In this document: piece after piece, positions 1 through 17,516 of the stretch | Numbering within the stretch: position 1 is the stretch's first letter | Layout: every line of letters starts with the position of its first letter | Assembly (NCBI GenBank): GCA_030141605.1 | Contig: JAQGDQ010000121.1 | Location: 62,001 to 126,000, forward strand | DNA length: 64,000 bases | Direction of reading: 5' to 3' | DNA from: Tubiluchus corallicola | Taxonomy: Eukaryota; Animalia; Priapulida | The notes under the pieces: generated by a model | Database searches by the model: none | Seen by the model: only the letters and a program-made list of their open reading frames with translations | Told to the model about the DNA's origin: nothing | Made by a program: the position numbers and the translations under genes

Positions 1-522
1 AGCTTTGTTATTGTCAATTTGTTTGACAAAGAACTGTGGTACTGTACCTATCACATTAGCTTCATTGTCACAATAAATACTAACTAACAGTTCTACTTGC
101 ATAATTATCCAATATATATTTTCCACTACACAACTACATGACTAGTTATGTTTAATGAACATTTACGTCACTTGGTTTCACTCAGCGCAACATTAAATTT
201 TCAACATTTTGACTTTTGCCCCTACCTTGTTGAATAAATTTGTTTATTCCCTCACACTTGAGACATAACAGCCACTGGCAAAAAATCCCAGTCTCCGGAC
301 TCGTACTGTACACAAAAAACTGCCTCTAACAATTATTTTTGTATGTGTATAAAATTCCAAATTTTGTTGTGAAAGCGATACTTGGTTCAAGCAAATTTCT
401 TTGGCTGCTTGAGAAGAAGTACTAGCTAGAACTTTTAATTTTTATGCATATGCAATAAGCTCCTACACAATGTACTACATAAAACTCATACTTGTGCTTC
501 AAACAATTTAGGCTTTATTTAG

Positions 523-3672
<3,150 letters not shown>

Positions 3673-3702
3673 ACTGCTCGTCACTGTTTATTCTTTACAA
3701 AG

Positions 3703-4002
3703 GTATGTGTATTTAAATTTTGAAAGTTTTAAAATGATTCCTTTTAACTTTTGGTAACTTATCATCACTAAAACTTTTATGCAATTTTATTTATAATTTA
3801 CTGTGCATCATCACTTTTCTTCTTTGATAATAAATTATATGAGATGACACGTTGAAATTTTTTTGGACTTCAGAATGCTTTATGACTCTGTATTTTTGTC
3901 ATCATGTTGTAGGTTGAAATTATAATTTCATACATTTTTATCATCTGCTTATCAATGTATTCAATCAACTGTATGTAAAACGTTAATTCTTTTTATTTGC
4001 AG
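3703..4002 (+). other. Probable intron in the G-beta 3'UTR
   Basis: Donor aag|gtatgt 30 nt after the stop codon, a very AT-rich interior, and acceptor ttctttttatttgcag| at 4002, followed by more GC-balanced UTR-like sequence. Confidence 0.65.
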
Positions 4003-7000
4003 ATGTCTTATGTGGCATGTGCGTGTGCCGAAACAAACGCTTGTTATCAGCTGCTTGAATTTCAAGTGCACAAATAACTACAGTATCACTTGAAAATGTG
4101 AAATAATATGCTATCGTGACATGTTTTAATTTAGCACTGCTAATGCGGAATTTTATTCGTACACACTATTCGTATGGTAGTACATATACTGGATTGGAAC
4201 AATACTGCATGGATGTTCAGTGTTACCATAAGAATGGTTTATTTGTAACGTGGCGTAACCATACGCTATATATCTAACATTTTCTGGAAGTTAGAGATTT
4301 TTCACCGAATTGTTTTGTTCTAAGTCGTAGTGTCGCTGTTGGTCCAGTGTACTAGAAATCCAGTTACACTCGCTGAACACACTTTTCCTCAAAGAGCTTA
4401 CATTCACAATTGCATGATTTACCGTTTCTAATAGTGTGCCACAGCGTACTTACAACTTTTGCACAACAGTTGCCTTGGCCAAAGCAATCAAGTTATCAGC
4501 GTCACCACTACCAGGGGCCTAGACTGCTTAGTGCTGGGTGTCAATGCATCATCGTAGTTTTCTTTTATGATGTCACAACAATGGACCCAGTGTCGTAGTA
4601 GGTAGTCATTTTCTATTGTGGTGTCTATGTTTAGTGTTGTTAGTATAAATTAATTATATAGGTCAAAAATAAACGAGCAGTTGCGTATATTATATATATA
4701 TGAATATATGTATCGGCCGTTCAGTTTTGTCGCATTTATACGAATCCTATTGTTTTGCGAAGACACTTTTATATAACATTTGTCTTGATATGTTACAAGG
4801 TATTTATGTAAGTTTTTAATTTCACTTAGTGTAAAGCAAAACCTGATGGACATGCATTTTGTGCCATCTGTTGGCGAGGTTTTCAGTTGCTGTATAACTC
4901 GCTCAAAGCATAAAGCTCTATCGACAGCAGTAAAAAACTGCTCAGATGTCGGTACAATGATATTTACTGCAAATTGTTTTTAGCGCTGCTGCTGACTGTA
5001 TTCCTCAATGTTTAAATGTGGTTTTGTTATCATCGTGAATTATCCATGTATCAGTATTCATTTACGGATGCACTCGGTAGTAGGTAACAAATACACAGAA
5101 CAATTTCGCATGCTTGAGCGACATTGTTTTTGATATCACAACCTAGATTTTTGATTGTTGTGTATTAATTCCTATGCGGTATTATTCTTACGAGCTCTGG
5201 TGTACTTTTAGCGGAATCTCAATGTTCTTCATTTATGATGTTCATGCATTAATGATTATAAATGCATAATTTTGCACATAATATAAGAGCCACTATTACA
5301 GCCAGAACAGACCCCACCGAAAATGCATGTATCTGCTACCATCTGGTGCTAGTGTTCTATACTAACATGCTTTATATACAAATACTTTTATTAATAATTA
5401 TGTAGACTTCATAAGCACATTTGATGGACTCTGATAACTGTAATGGTAGCACAATAGAAAAATTTACTTTTGATGAGCCTTAATAGTGATGCACTAATCT
5501 TTACAAGCTTGTTACTATTATTGTGCAATATTATCTGTACTACTAACTTGAACATTTTGTATAATGTTCATACGTCAAACTTAGATATAGTAATGTTTTG
5601 CTTGACGTAATATAGAAAAAAATTATATATGTGAAAAAGTGAAAACATGTCAGCTTTAAACTTTGGCAAAATCTTATGACATATGATATATGGAATTTCC
5701 AAAAAAGATACACATATGGTAGTAAGAAATTTTAGCAATAATCATACAATGCGTGTGTCATAATGCGATGGACCCTAAAAAAAATTTTTGGCACTTTTGG
5801 GCTACAGTTTATTGAAGTACAATTTCTTTTTCGCTGATGGTATTTTGCAGCATGTAACTATAAAATTATAGATTTCTAGTCTTAAAATTTTGCTCAATTC
5901 AACTTTTATTATCAAATTCCTAGTCAAGTTGTCAGGGATCACATGAAAGTAAGGCCAGCTTGAGGCAGTTTTACTGACTTTGCAAAAATGCATTTATTAC
6001 ATGAAGCAAAAATTAAATGAATGAAATATCTGCTAAAAAGGTGACTTATAAAGTTTTGTACAATAGGACGTGGTATTTGACATTATACTTTTATCTGAAA
6101 TTCTAGTGGTTTCTTGATAAGTATTTTGACTGAACAGCTCACCACAAAATGATGTGTAACTGTTAAACAGACCATTCAAATAGTCATAGTCTAAAATAAC
6201 ATTAATACAATTTTGAGCTGCAGTTTTCCATCATTTTTATACGTATTGATGAAAAAACTTTTATTATAGATTTTCATGTACCTGCAGCCTAACATTTTCT
6301 GATGCTACTAGAATAACAGATATTACATGCATTTCATTTGGCCTTAATATCAGAACTCATTAACATGATTCTAGCTTTAATACCTGTGCAGTTTGTATGT
6401 TTTTTAGTGCATCAATGTCATTCTTACACATCTACACTTAGTTCGTTTAAGTCTTGTTTATTCACAACTAAGAGATACCTAACTTACTACAATTTTTCAT
6501 TTTGTATGACTATTTATGCCTGTAACATCATGAAAAAATCATGTACCATGCTTCACAAATGATTCTCTGTAATTAAATCATGGTTTTAAGAAGCTTTGTA
6601 CAGAAAAAGTTGTGGAATTTTTTAATATGCAGTTACAATTTTTCGTTAACGTTGAAGGCTGATAGGCAGTTCCGATTATGACTCAATTCTGAAAGATTTC
6701 CGAAATGGCAAAAAATTTACAAAGAATGAGAAGAGCGGCGCAAGAATTAAATTATCGGGATCTGATGTCAATATTTGAAATTTTGCATGTGGTTAGCAAT
6801 ATATTATGACAAGTCATCATCAGACAGTTGTTGGGGAATGCTTTTCTAAATGCAAAATTGGGTACATGTATATATTGCAGTTTTCTGGCGTGTATGCCCA
6901 AAATTAATTGATCTTATAATAGGAACTGTATTTTCCTTAGTTTGACAATTTGGCATTTTCGTTATGCATATCCTAGTTTTTTTTCTGCCTGGCAACTACT

Positions 7001-8539
7001 TCGGGTTTTACATGAGAGAAAAATCACTTTAATATAATTGCATAGCAATGTTGTAATACCTAGGAAACTATCTAAAATAAACAAATACACGATAAACGTA
7101 TGGTGTGGCATGTTTTTTGTTCTTTTGTTTGCAACCTGTCTAAATGTGGCCATCAATTTGCTAGCCCTTTTTTGTAGAAATACAGCTGTACATACATTTC
7201 CCGAAACTTATAAGTACATGCAGCCGAGGGCAATGAATGGAAATCCAATGCTAAATTTACTTGTAACGTTCGATTCCTTTGATTGTAGTTATCAAATCAT
7301 AATACTGTATTTTCTATTACAATTCTAATTCTGCTGTTATTATGTAAAAAGACGTATATATAAATGTTTGGATGGTTGAACGTAATAATTATATACGTGT
7401 ATAATTGCAGTGGCTTCACCTCCACCATTGACAGTCCGTACATCAAATGGAAGGCTTGAATATGGTCTCATTGTTAGTTGTTTTTTTTATCCAGGCCATC
7501 AGGAGGATTGTTGGGTAAACAATTACTAATGCACCAATGATTGGATGATACTGGCCACGTATTTCCCAACTGTTTTTCCCCCAAGTCCTCGCAGTGTTCG
7601 TTGGTGTTTGAAGGTTGAATATAGTCTGCCCTATTCAATGGTCTGCTGTAACCAATTCTTTTTAAACCGGATTTTGGTATAATCCATAGCATTGCAAGTT
7701 TCTCGAAGTTATGTATTTTAACTAGTATATAGTCGCACAAATGAAATAACTTAATTGTGTATCCTTAAGGTTTAGATTTAAATGGATTTTGCTCTACTAT
7801 TTTTGTAGAAACGCGTGGAACGGTTTTTCCAAATTATGCAAGTCGCATAGTCATAGCTATACTATATTTGCTGTAGTTTGAATACATAAGCATCAAAATA
7901 AAAAAACAAAACAGTTTAGGTCGAGGTAAAAATATCTTATTTAAAACAAAATAACCGCAATCAATTTCCTAATTATTTAACAATCCTTACAGTAGTTTGC
8001 AAAACTTTACATAAATCCTGACATGACAACAAACAGAAATGGCAATGAATAATGCTCTACAGAACAGAATACTGCCAGTTCTACAGAAGTGCACCTACTT
8101 TGACAATGACCTTTTCTTTTAAAGCTTCATTGTAAACTTGCACAAATTTTCTGACTTCAACAGCTTAAAGGTATCATGCAGACTTCATTAAACAAGACTT
8201 TCAGGGTTACATATTGAATACGAAATGGAATTCACAAAAGAAAATGAATGTGAAGAAACCAAGCTTTCACTGAAAGCCGACACAATGGCAAGCCTAGTTG
8301 TTGAAAAGTTAATAAATTAGTGTAATAGAAAAGGACACTACCACAATTAACGGGGCTCGTGTTAAGAAAATACTCGTAAGATGATCTGCCATACATCTAG
8401 TAAGGCTTATTGAATTCTCACATAAGTCAGACGTCAGATGAGTATGAGTTAGGTGATTAAGACTGCTTATTGCAAGTCAAGTTTATTGAGAAATAATGGA
8501 TTTAATGCCTATTACTCTAATAATAAGTATGGCTTCAAA

Positions 8540-8900
8540 ATTTTTCAATATGGCGACCAGAATTGGAACATTGCAGTAAACAGTTACATCAGCTTGAGCC
8601 AAGGAATGGTGTGACCGACCTGGAATGTGCCATGCTATAAAAGCCTATTGTTGAGTGGATCATGTTTTTTTGATAGATTTAGCATCTCTCGCATAGGACT
8701 GGCTTCAGAGAAACTGTTGCTGGTCAAGACACTATATTGAGCAACACCTGCCTAACTAAGACACGGGACCCTATCAGCAACTTATAATGACCCTACATTG
8801 TAAGTGACTTATGAGTAGCCACTAATGTTACACGTTGTAACTCGCCTGTTTTCCTATGTGCTCTTGTATTTATCTCCAATAAACTATTATTGTATTATAC
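8540..8900 (+). mobile_element. Possible decayed non-LTR retrotransposon 3' end
   Basis: GC-richer block with remnants of a Cys/His-like coding pattern, ending in aataaactattattgtatt. Weak. Confidence 0.3.
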
Positions 8901-9164
8901 CCTTCAAGTTCCGAAATACAGGACGTCTTTATACTGCCCTACTACTATATCATGAGCCACAATTAAACATAACAAAAAATCATGTCCCCCACTTATGTGA
9001 CAGAAGTACTACCCTTTATAATTTAATACGAATTTTCTGAGGCATTCCAGATATCATCTGGTTTTTAAGAACGTATCCTACTAAACACAAAAGTGGGCTA
9101 AGTAAACTCTTCTTTGAAAGCTAGAAAACTTGCACGCAAAACAGAAAAGGGAAGAAAATGACTT

Positions 9165-12100
9165 TTATTTCTTAACAATTTGTATAACATCTTCATGGTG
9201 CATAATATGTGAAAGACCCACACGTTGCGGACTGTACTTCGTACTTGTTCCCTGTAAGTAAAAAGTTACTTTTATTGCAATATCGAGACAGATTTATCTA
9301 CATCCAAAGAAAACGTACTACTGCTTCTTTTGAAATGTTTACTTATGCAAGTTAAATATTACATAGACATTAGAGCACCTATTATTATTACTATCAAGTT
9401 TAATCTCACATGCATGATAGAGTCCTATTACCATTATTATCCTACTAGAGTTGAATTTTTGAATAACAGAAGCACTCAATTCTAGGTGTTTTTATTTTTA
9501 CAATTAATTTACAATAGCTTGTTGAAAAAGTTAACAGCTATTGGCGGAAGTTATTTTTCATCTTACTGGATTTACTTGCTGCCAGTTCTACAGTTAGTGC
9601 ATGGCAAACTCACCTGCAGCAAGTGTATGGCTCACTCTATATCATAGAGTGATTTGAATACCTTTTCAAAATTTTATGCAAAAATTTACACTCCGTAGAG
9701 AAAGAAACTTTAATTCTCTTTTATATAATATTTAGGTTTGAGCTAGTATCTCATGCAGTTAGGCCATTATTAGCAGGTTTATTCGGAGATAATAAAACCA
9801 CCGAAATATTAACAGTCATAATGGAGTTAAACACCTACCCATACTAGAGCATACTTGAATTGAGACACCAATGACCGATGGATGGCATGACACTAAAAAA
9901 ACGAAAGCCTTTTATGATTATGTGAATAACAGAAACAATGACTAGTATTTTGCAAAATGTTTTAGAAATAAGCAGTTGTTAATGAAGGTGATTTTAAGTA
10001 ATTTGTACCATACAGACTGAACAAATTATGGCTCGAAAACTGAAAAGTTATTTTTTTTAATTGAAAAGTAAAAACCTACAGAATTAGTTTGTAATTTAGA
10101 TACTAAAACAAAACTACCTTCCAGGAAATCTAGTGGGCTTACAAAAAATTAGTTACTCACCAAAATACAAAAAAGCCAAAAGTTTTGAGCACACTTGTCA
10201 GACTGCAGGACACCTGTGAAAACTTACCACGTGTTCGACTGTACAGTTGCTTCTTAGTATGAGACCTTCTTGAAAATCTGGTGGACCTAGACAATCACGG
10301 GAACATATTTAAACCTTCAACATATATTTATATACATCGTAACATTTGGCACTCATGTTTTGAACAAAACAAAGAAGTAAATCGAAACAGAATGTGTAGT
10401 AACTTATATATATATATAAAGTAACAGATAATATAACTAGTAGTTACATTTATAGTATAACACACCAAGATCCAGTTTATGCGGTCAATGATCATAAGCA
10501 AAAAGTTTAACAAGCAGTAAATTTTCTTGACCAATTATCTCTTGGTCGTTTAGCTACATGGCTTTTTTGTTCCAGGTCAGTTCAGCAGTTGTTTCGCATG
10601 AAATTAATGGTTAACGTTAAAGCTAGGCTAAGTTACAGTTGTAGTAATCGTAGTATTTTTTGAAATTATAACCCACATGTTGTATAATAGTCATAATAGT
10701 CAGACAGATACTTACAACCACGCTTTTTTGTGTAAACTTGAATGAGGGCAAGATGATCCCACACTTTCTCTAGTAAGTAGCCCAGATTGAGCTTTAAATT
10801 ACAGCTGACGACGACACTATGAGGCTGACGTGCTAGTCGATCCACTTCTTCTAAAGAGATCTGGTCAATTTTATTATAAACCTGACAAAATAGATTGTAG
10901 AAAACATTTATAAGGCATGAATTCATAAAGTGTGTAATGAGATAATTTTCCAGCTATTCAGACTTTCTACAGAAAACCAGAGGTGCCAAAATGACAAAAT
11001 TATCACTTAATTTGTCACCTGCTTGAACGATGTGAGGTGCTGAAAAAGACACACAGTTTTAACATGATGCACATCTCCTGGTTAACAGCATAATAGGAGC
11101 CATTTGGGAAGTAATGTGCTTGTGTGACATGAAGCGAAAAGAAAGCACAAAGAACATGATTTTGTTTAATTTTGTTAAATGTTTTGTGACTCAGTGACAT
11201 GTGCCAATGATAGTGAATGCTAGGTCCTAAACAATTACTTACACGTCAAAAAACTTATTTTCATATAATAATATCTCGTCAAAGTACTATCGATGACATT
11301 TAGCAAAACACAACACAATCGTATTGTGGTAAAATCATAGACATTGAAAACTTACATAAAGGCATGGAAGATAAACTCTGTTATCATTTATAACATCTAT
11401 AAGTTCATCTGCTGTACAGTCATCACGAAACAATACTTCTGCATTGAATATCTCTGAATTCAAGATCAGGAAATGCATATTAACTAAGCATATTAGTTAG
11501 AAAAAAGTAAAAGGCACCGTGTTAAATCTGTTAATATTAATATAATGTAAAGATTAAAATGTGAGACAATTAGAAGGACATTGAATAACTTAATTTTTTA
11601 TTAGCCTTACATTAACCCACAAGAACTATGAATTAAAAAACATGCAATAAATTCCGTCACAAGTTTTTTCAGTAGTACCTATAAAGATGAATTCTTCAAA
11701 GAATCTAAAATAAATACTCCGCTCATCCCACTGTCATTGCACAGACTGGAATTATCGAACTTACTAATTAGTAATTTTTTTATTAAACATTACACTTTGA
11801 AAGTCAAGGCAAACTGTTGTAAAACTCAAAAATTAAGAGAGTTAAAATTAAAATTATAAAATCAAACTTCCAGATCGCCTAGTACTTTTTTGCTATGTTC
11901 ACCTGGAAAACACAATTTGATAGTTGTCACACATATTATTTACCATGAACTTCGTTATTATCTCGCCTTTCTGTGTATAATAATACCTTTAAACCAACAA
12001 TTTTTTTCCCATCAAATGCCCCGTCTGCCAAGCACACGAGTGCAAATTATTACCAAAAGCAACTACAAATGTTTCTATAGTCATTAAACACACCTTATAT

Positions 12101-15100
12101 AGCCAATGCTTATGAAAGACCACACATTAGCTGAAGACATACTTTAAATAATATCGCAGTACAATTCTTGTATCATAAAAAAAGATACTATACTCGTGTA
12201 GAATCATCTGACATAGCTTTTCATTCATATGAGTTAGCGGGCACATAGCTGTAAAATGAATGCCACCACCTTTCTTTTGCTGAAACAAAAATACAAAAAA
12301 TTGTAAAATGTAACAGATCTACATAGTTATCTACAACTCTATTGGTAAATATAATAAACAACAAATTGCAGTAAACTGGCTTTAGTAGCAACAACAGAAA
12401 ATGTAATAAAAATGTAACATTTAAACATGTTTACATATTAAAAAACAAAATAATGTAGGAATGTACAAAATAAATTAATAAGCATCATCGGTCATTGAGG
12501 ACTACACATACCTTAAAATAGATATTTGGTTTAAGTTGGTTTAGTCGTATACCACAAGTTTCTAGTTCTACTTCTAGTAATCGCCTAAATAAAAGCAAAA
12601 CCAAACTTATAAATATTTGTTTTATTTTACGCTTAATTACTGATTTGCACTTCCATTCATTTATGTCTCAAACAAAGTTGCATGGCTTTTCTACTATTTT
12701 TAACTCCTCATAAGCTAATGCCATAGAGTATGAACCAAATGCAAACACTTAAGGTATAATTTGTGTAGCGTTGAAACATCAGAAAAACTGCGGGTAATGA
12801 GAAGAGATAAAATAAGAGTGAACACAATATGACGTTTGCTCCAAAATTTGTTGTGATGATTTAGTGTACACCTACAATATGTTACCACCTTAGTAATTTT
12901 CTTTTATTTCAGCAATGCAAACAACAAAACTCATGAAAGAAAAGATGCATTGTACACAACATGGCGTATTAAATGAAATTAATGACCTATTACATTGAAC
13001 ATCAGTAGCTATAATAAATTAAAATAAATAATTTTAGATCCCAATGTTAGTTCTGATCCAAAATGATTTTATATCTGCTTTGATCAAACAAATGCATGAT
13101 CTGATTAGCTTTATCAAGTAGTTATTGTAACAATTACTAAAACAAAAAAACTTTCCAAATACAATTTTAACAAATTTGAGCTAAATAATGATTCTAAACA
13201 AGCAGGTAGAACATAGCCTAAATTTTATTTTCCTCTATTTATACCTGATGAATTTGCTATATAATTCAATACCAATATGAATGAAAGGGGTTTTCCACTA
13301 GTTCTCTCTATAAGTATACACCATCCAACATAAATTTACCTTTGAGCTTCACTCTTTGTAGCATCTATCATGATAATAACTAAATCAGCAGTTCTAGCTA
13401 CAGCAATCACTTGCTTTCCACGACCTTTTCCTTGGGAAGCACCTTCAATGATTCCTGGTAAATCCAGAAGTTGAATGTTTGCTCCTTTATACTTAAAAAA
13501 TATAATGACTTTTATCATATTGATAGTGCAGTGAATATTCACATACTCAAAACAAAAATAATTTCACATGCCTAATTTCAAATTAAAAATTTTAAAGTTT
13601 TTGCATGAGAAACGCTCTTACTAACAAACTGTTTCTTACACTTATGAAATATCTCTTGAAGAAATAGTGACACACATGCCTTTACATTATTATTTAATTT
13701 ATTAGCAAATAAAATTACAAATGACTTCTGCCGCATTAACAAAATTAGTTGAAGTGTTACTAACTGATCATCTAGTAAGCTACGAAAATAACAACCTAGT
13801 TGAAAACTAGCAATATTATAAACACCTCAACTATATACTCATCTTACCTCTATCACTCCTGGAATACATGTTAATGTAGTAAATTCATAGGATGCACATT
13901 CACTACGCGTGTGAGTCAAAGTGTTCAGCAATGTTGACTGAAAACACACAATCATAAAAGATAATAATGCAATCATAAATATTTGTACAATTTTAAGTAA
14001 GAGTAATAACGATGATATGTAACATTACTTTATTTCAATATGATTTATAAAATTTTCGGGTATGTAAAAAGCCAGGGGCTATGAAAAATTAGTTAAATGG
14101 CAGAAAAAAATCGTGTCCACATTATAATCATGGTTTATGTCTCTAGTATAATTCATAAGACATTAGTCAAAAATTGCCGCAATGTAACATAATCGTAGCA
14201 CTTGGTCAGTTCTGAGAATGAGATAGAAAAGATTACATTAAGATTACAGCAAAAATTAGGGCCAAAACACTAAACCTTTTGCACAAAAGGCTTGGAACCA
14301 AATTAATTTAACAGAGTTCTCTAGCATGACCGTTGGCATTCCATCTTACAGTTGCACTTCGGAACTTCTCTTACAAAACAGAAATGATGTATTCTCTACA
14401 GTGCTGGCTTTCTAGGTTGAATGGGTTTTAATGTTTACAAAACAATAAAAAAACATACAAGTGAATGAAACTTATTGATAGATTCAGAGTTTAATAAAAT
14501 GCAGTGCTCACCTTACCGACGGATGGAAACCCAATCAAAGCAACACGAGCATCACCCGATTTCATAACGTCAAACCCCTCTCCCTTGTTTCCCTTTGCAG
14601 CAGTGCTGGCATCTATCAACTGAGATCGGTACTTTGCAAGCTTAGCTTTCAGTAAACCGAGATGATATTCAGTGGCTACAACAATGAAGAACACAATATT
14701 AAAAAAAATTGAATGAAAAACAGTAGCTTTTCATTTTGATTAACACTACAGTATATAAAAATATTAAATTTAGCATAAATATTTTCTCCTTAATATTCTC
14801 CATATTTTTTTCTTAATATAAAAAATTTATGAATTACTTTTCTCAAAATGTCTAATTTACAACTTCCGAAACTACGGAAAAATTGCAAAAATTATATTTA
14901 ATGGTAAATTTGACCATAACACATTAAATTGTTACACAAATTTAAAAAAATATTCATTCTAGATGTTGATCGTCATACTCTACTCTCCTACTTCTACTAA
15001 TTTAATCTTCGTCTGAATTTCACACTATGACTACATTTCCGTAACTTCATTTCCGTAACTTGTATCTGACCAGTAAGGATCTCTATCATTTCACTAATAC

Positions 15101-15214
15101 TACAATGTTTATCTCTTTCTAAATCACACTGATGTTAACTTAATGTTTACCTTTATTTTTCTGTGTTCTTGCAATCTCTTTCTCAATTTCGCTGATTTTC
15201 TCAAGAATACCCAT
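9165..15214 (-). CDS. DRG2: Developmentally regulated GTP-binding protein 2 (OBG family, TGS domain)
   Basis: 11 coding exons: 15151-15214, 14512-14675, 13848-13937, 13340-13491, 12512-12584, 12189-12279, 11356-11453, 10716-10881, 10228-10286, 9839-9892, 9165-9251. Translation: [60 protein letters not shown], ...[28 protein letters not shown]. Confidence 0.97.
11454..12188 (-). other. U12-type (minor spliceosome) GT-AG intron in DRG2
   Basis: 5' splice site GTATCTTTT; branch-like TTTCCTGAT about 12 nt before the AG; no polypyrimidine tract; phase-1 junction in HEYK|IFNA. Confidence 0.8.
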
Positions 15215-16479
15215 TTTGATATCTGTATAACAAAATGCTATAAAGCTGCTGATTTTTTTTTTAAATCTCTTAAGCTCAAACAGTATTTCTGCTTTTGCAA
15301 TGTTGATGAACTCAAATAGTTGTTTTACGCAATATTTTTCATGTTTGGAGCATTTACGAGCTAATGGAGTTCTGTTCAACATTTTCTATCTTTGCAATGT
15401 TTATACATGAGTTTAACAGTCGTGACTGGAAAAAGGCATATTATACTACAACAGATCCACATAAATGGGCAAGCCTGGATGAAAGCCTGCAACAGTTTTC
15501 TTACAGTTTATAAGTGCATGCCATAATTATAGGTTTAAAGGAAAACCCAATCTGATGCTAAACCATAGCTTAAAATAATCAAATGCAAAAAATTGTGAAT
15601 GGGAAGAATTACTTACGTGGAAGAATTATTACTACAGAAGTTTAAATTCATGTTCGCGCATCTTGGAAACGCATCACACAAAAAAGGTGCTGTACCTCTC
15701 AGTTCAGTTATGGCATAGCTCACACTAGTGGTGAAATTGGCTATTGGCACAGCAGTAAGCTTGGGATTTATTTTCTAAAGTTAAAATTGCGGATTTGGCA
15801 TAATTCACAATCAGTGCTGTACAGGAGATCTGTATTACAATTTTCACTTTCGTAAACATGGAACACGCTCGTGAAATGTTTGTGCCCTTACAAAATTATA
15901 TTCAGTTGTGATGTCATCGCTTCCTGCACTTCAATCAGCTGTTAATCAAGTTTTTAAGCTATTATTCCATTATAAGAAACATTTAAGCATTATTAAGCAT
16001 TGAAAAGTATGTTTTTACCATACTTGAAAAACAGGGCAGGTTATGAATAATCATCCTAGTTTCCTTTAATTATTGGTGACCAATAATTTGGACACCAAAC
16101 ACGTGTTTTTAGAAGCTTAACTGTTTTTCAGGTTATACACACTAAAGTACTAAACCCCATTTAAACAAATCCAGGCTGCCAGGCATATAAGCTGCCTCAG
16201 CTTGTCAGCACATAAAATTGTGTATTAATAAGCTTTCACTCTACTACTATTAGTTTCTTTAGACTTTACATCTGTCACCTGCCTGACCTTTTACTTTTAA
16301 GTTAACCACGTTATGGTTTCAGCACAGGCAGTACACTACGTAGCATCAGGTTATCTCACTAGAACAGCAAATTTCATGGATAATTGTACATAATGCTACG
16401 TCAGTTTGTGACAATCAGATCAGGTTTCACGATTTTGATTTCTTGAAGTCTGATCCCAATTATAGCTATAGTATAGATA

Positions 16480-16777
16480 GGTTTCACATATCGATCAGCT
16501 AGAGGTGGATAAGCCATGTTCATCTCCATGTTCGAGCCGGCGGCAGCAGCACGCCGCGGCACATGGAAGCGCTGCAGAGGAGGTCAACAAAAGCATTTCT
16601 GGCATCAAATCAAGCGCGATATTGTCTCCTCTTGGGCTGGATTGCTACCACCAAGTTTCCGACGATCTCACAGAGCTTCCATCGCATTGCGAGGACCGGA
16701 AGCAGTGGTGTGCGATGGTTCGGGATGCTACCTGTGCTGGTCTGCCTCCACCTAGTGGGGGCAGCAAGTAAGTAAGA
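16480..16777 (+). mobile_element. RTE-clade LINE 3' end fragment with (TAAG)n tail
   Basis: Broken frames give RWISHV, WKRCRGGQ...WHQIKRD and EDRKQW, typical of the RTE ORF C-terminus. The fragment ends in aagtaagtaag. Confidence 0.7.
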
Positions 16778-17482
16778 GGCGCTATTACACTTTCGCACCG
16801 CCTAGCTTTTTATAGATTATTACTCGTTTTTAGGCTCGTAAGTCATCATTCTATTATTCTTACGTCATCAGTGAATGTTTCCGCTAATCTAATTGTAATT
16901 TAATAATATATTTAAGTATAATTACCAATAATTATGCTGTATTCACAGTTCTACGCCTATACAGGGCGTATCGCCATCTTGTTTGTGTAGGTAGTCACGT
17001 GACAAATTTCGTACTAGTTTATGCATTATCAGGGCCTAGCTTAAAAGGCACGAAATAAAGAAAAAACCTTTACTTTTTTATAATCTAATAGTAATAATAC
17101 TACAGTAATAAATAAAATTAATGATAAATAACTGTAGTCGTCTAAAATAATTTCCCGCGATACGATACAAACTCCCGTAGCTGCAACCCTAATAATCATA
17201 AATTATGCGAAGAAACTAAAAATACAGGTTAAGGGCCACACACGTCACTGCGCGAGAGCGATTGCGCATCAGTGATGTAAACACGTTTATTCACGTGCAG
17301 CTTTTAATGGCGGCTGTAGGTAAGTAATGCATGATTTTAATCTGGACTTATAAAGCGCAAGAAGCAATAATATTATAGGAATATGGTGTATATTACGCCT
17401 GTTGGTCTGCTTTCTGGCCTGCAGGCGTGAAAACAACCAATAGGCCAGGAAAAGCTAGGCGGTGCGAAAGTGTAATAGCGCC
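16778..17482. mobile_element. Non-autonomous Mutator (MULE)-type MITE, 705 bp
   Basis: Perfect 33-bp TIR GGCGCTATTACACTTTCGCACCGCCTAGCTTTT at both ends. 9-bp TSD TAAGTAAGA at 16769-16777 and 17483-17491. Confidence 0.9.
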
Positions 17483-17516
17483 TAAGTAAGATAAGCCACG
17501 AATTGGGTACTTTTAC

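Noticed and set aside
4861-4877. CTCF-like motif CCAACAGATGGCAC on the minus strand
   Set aside because: A single short motif match cannot be supported without ChIP or conservation data.
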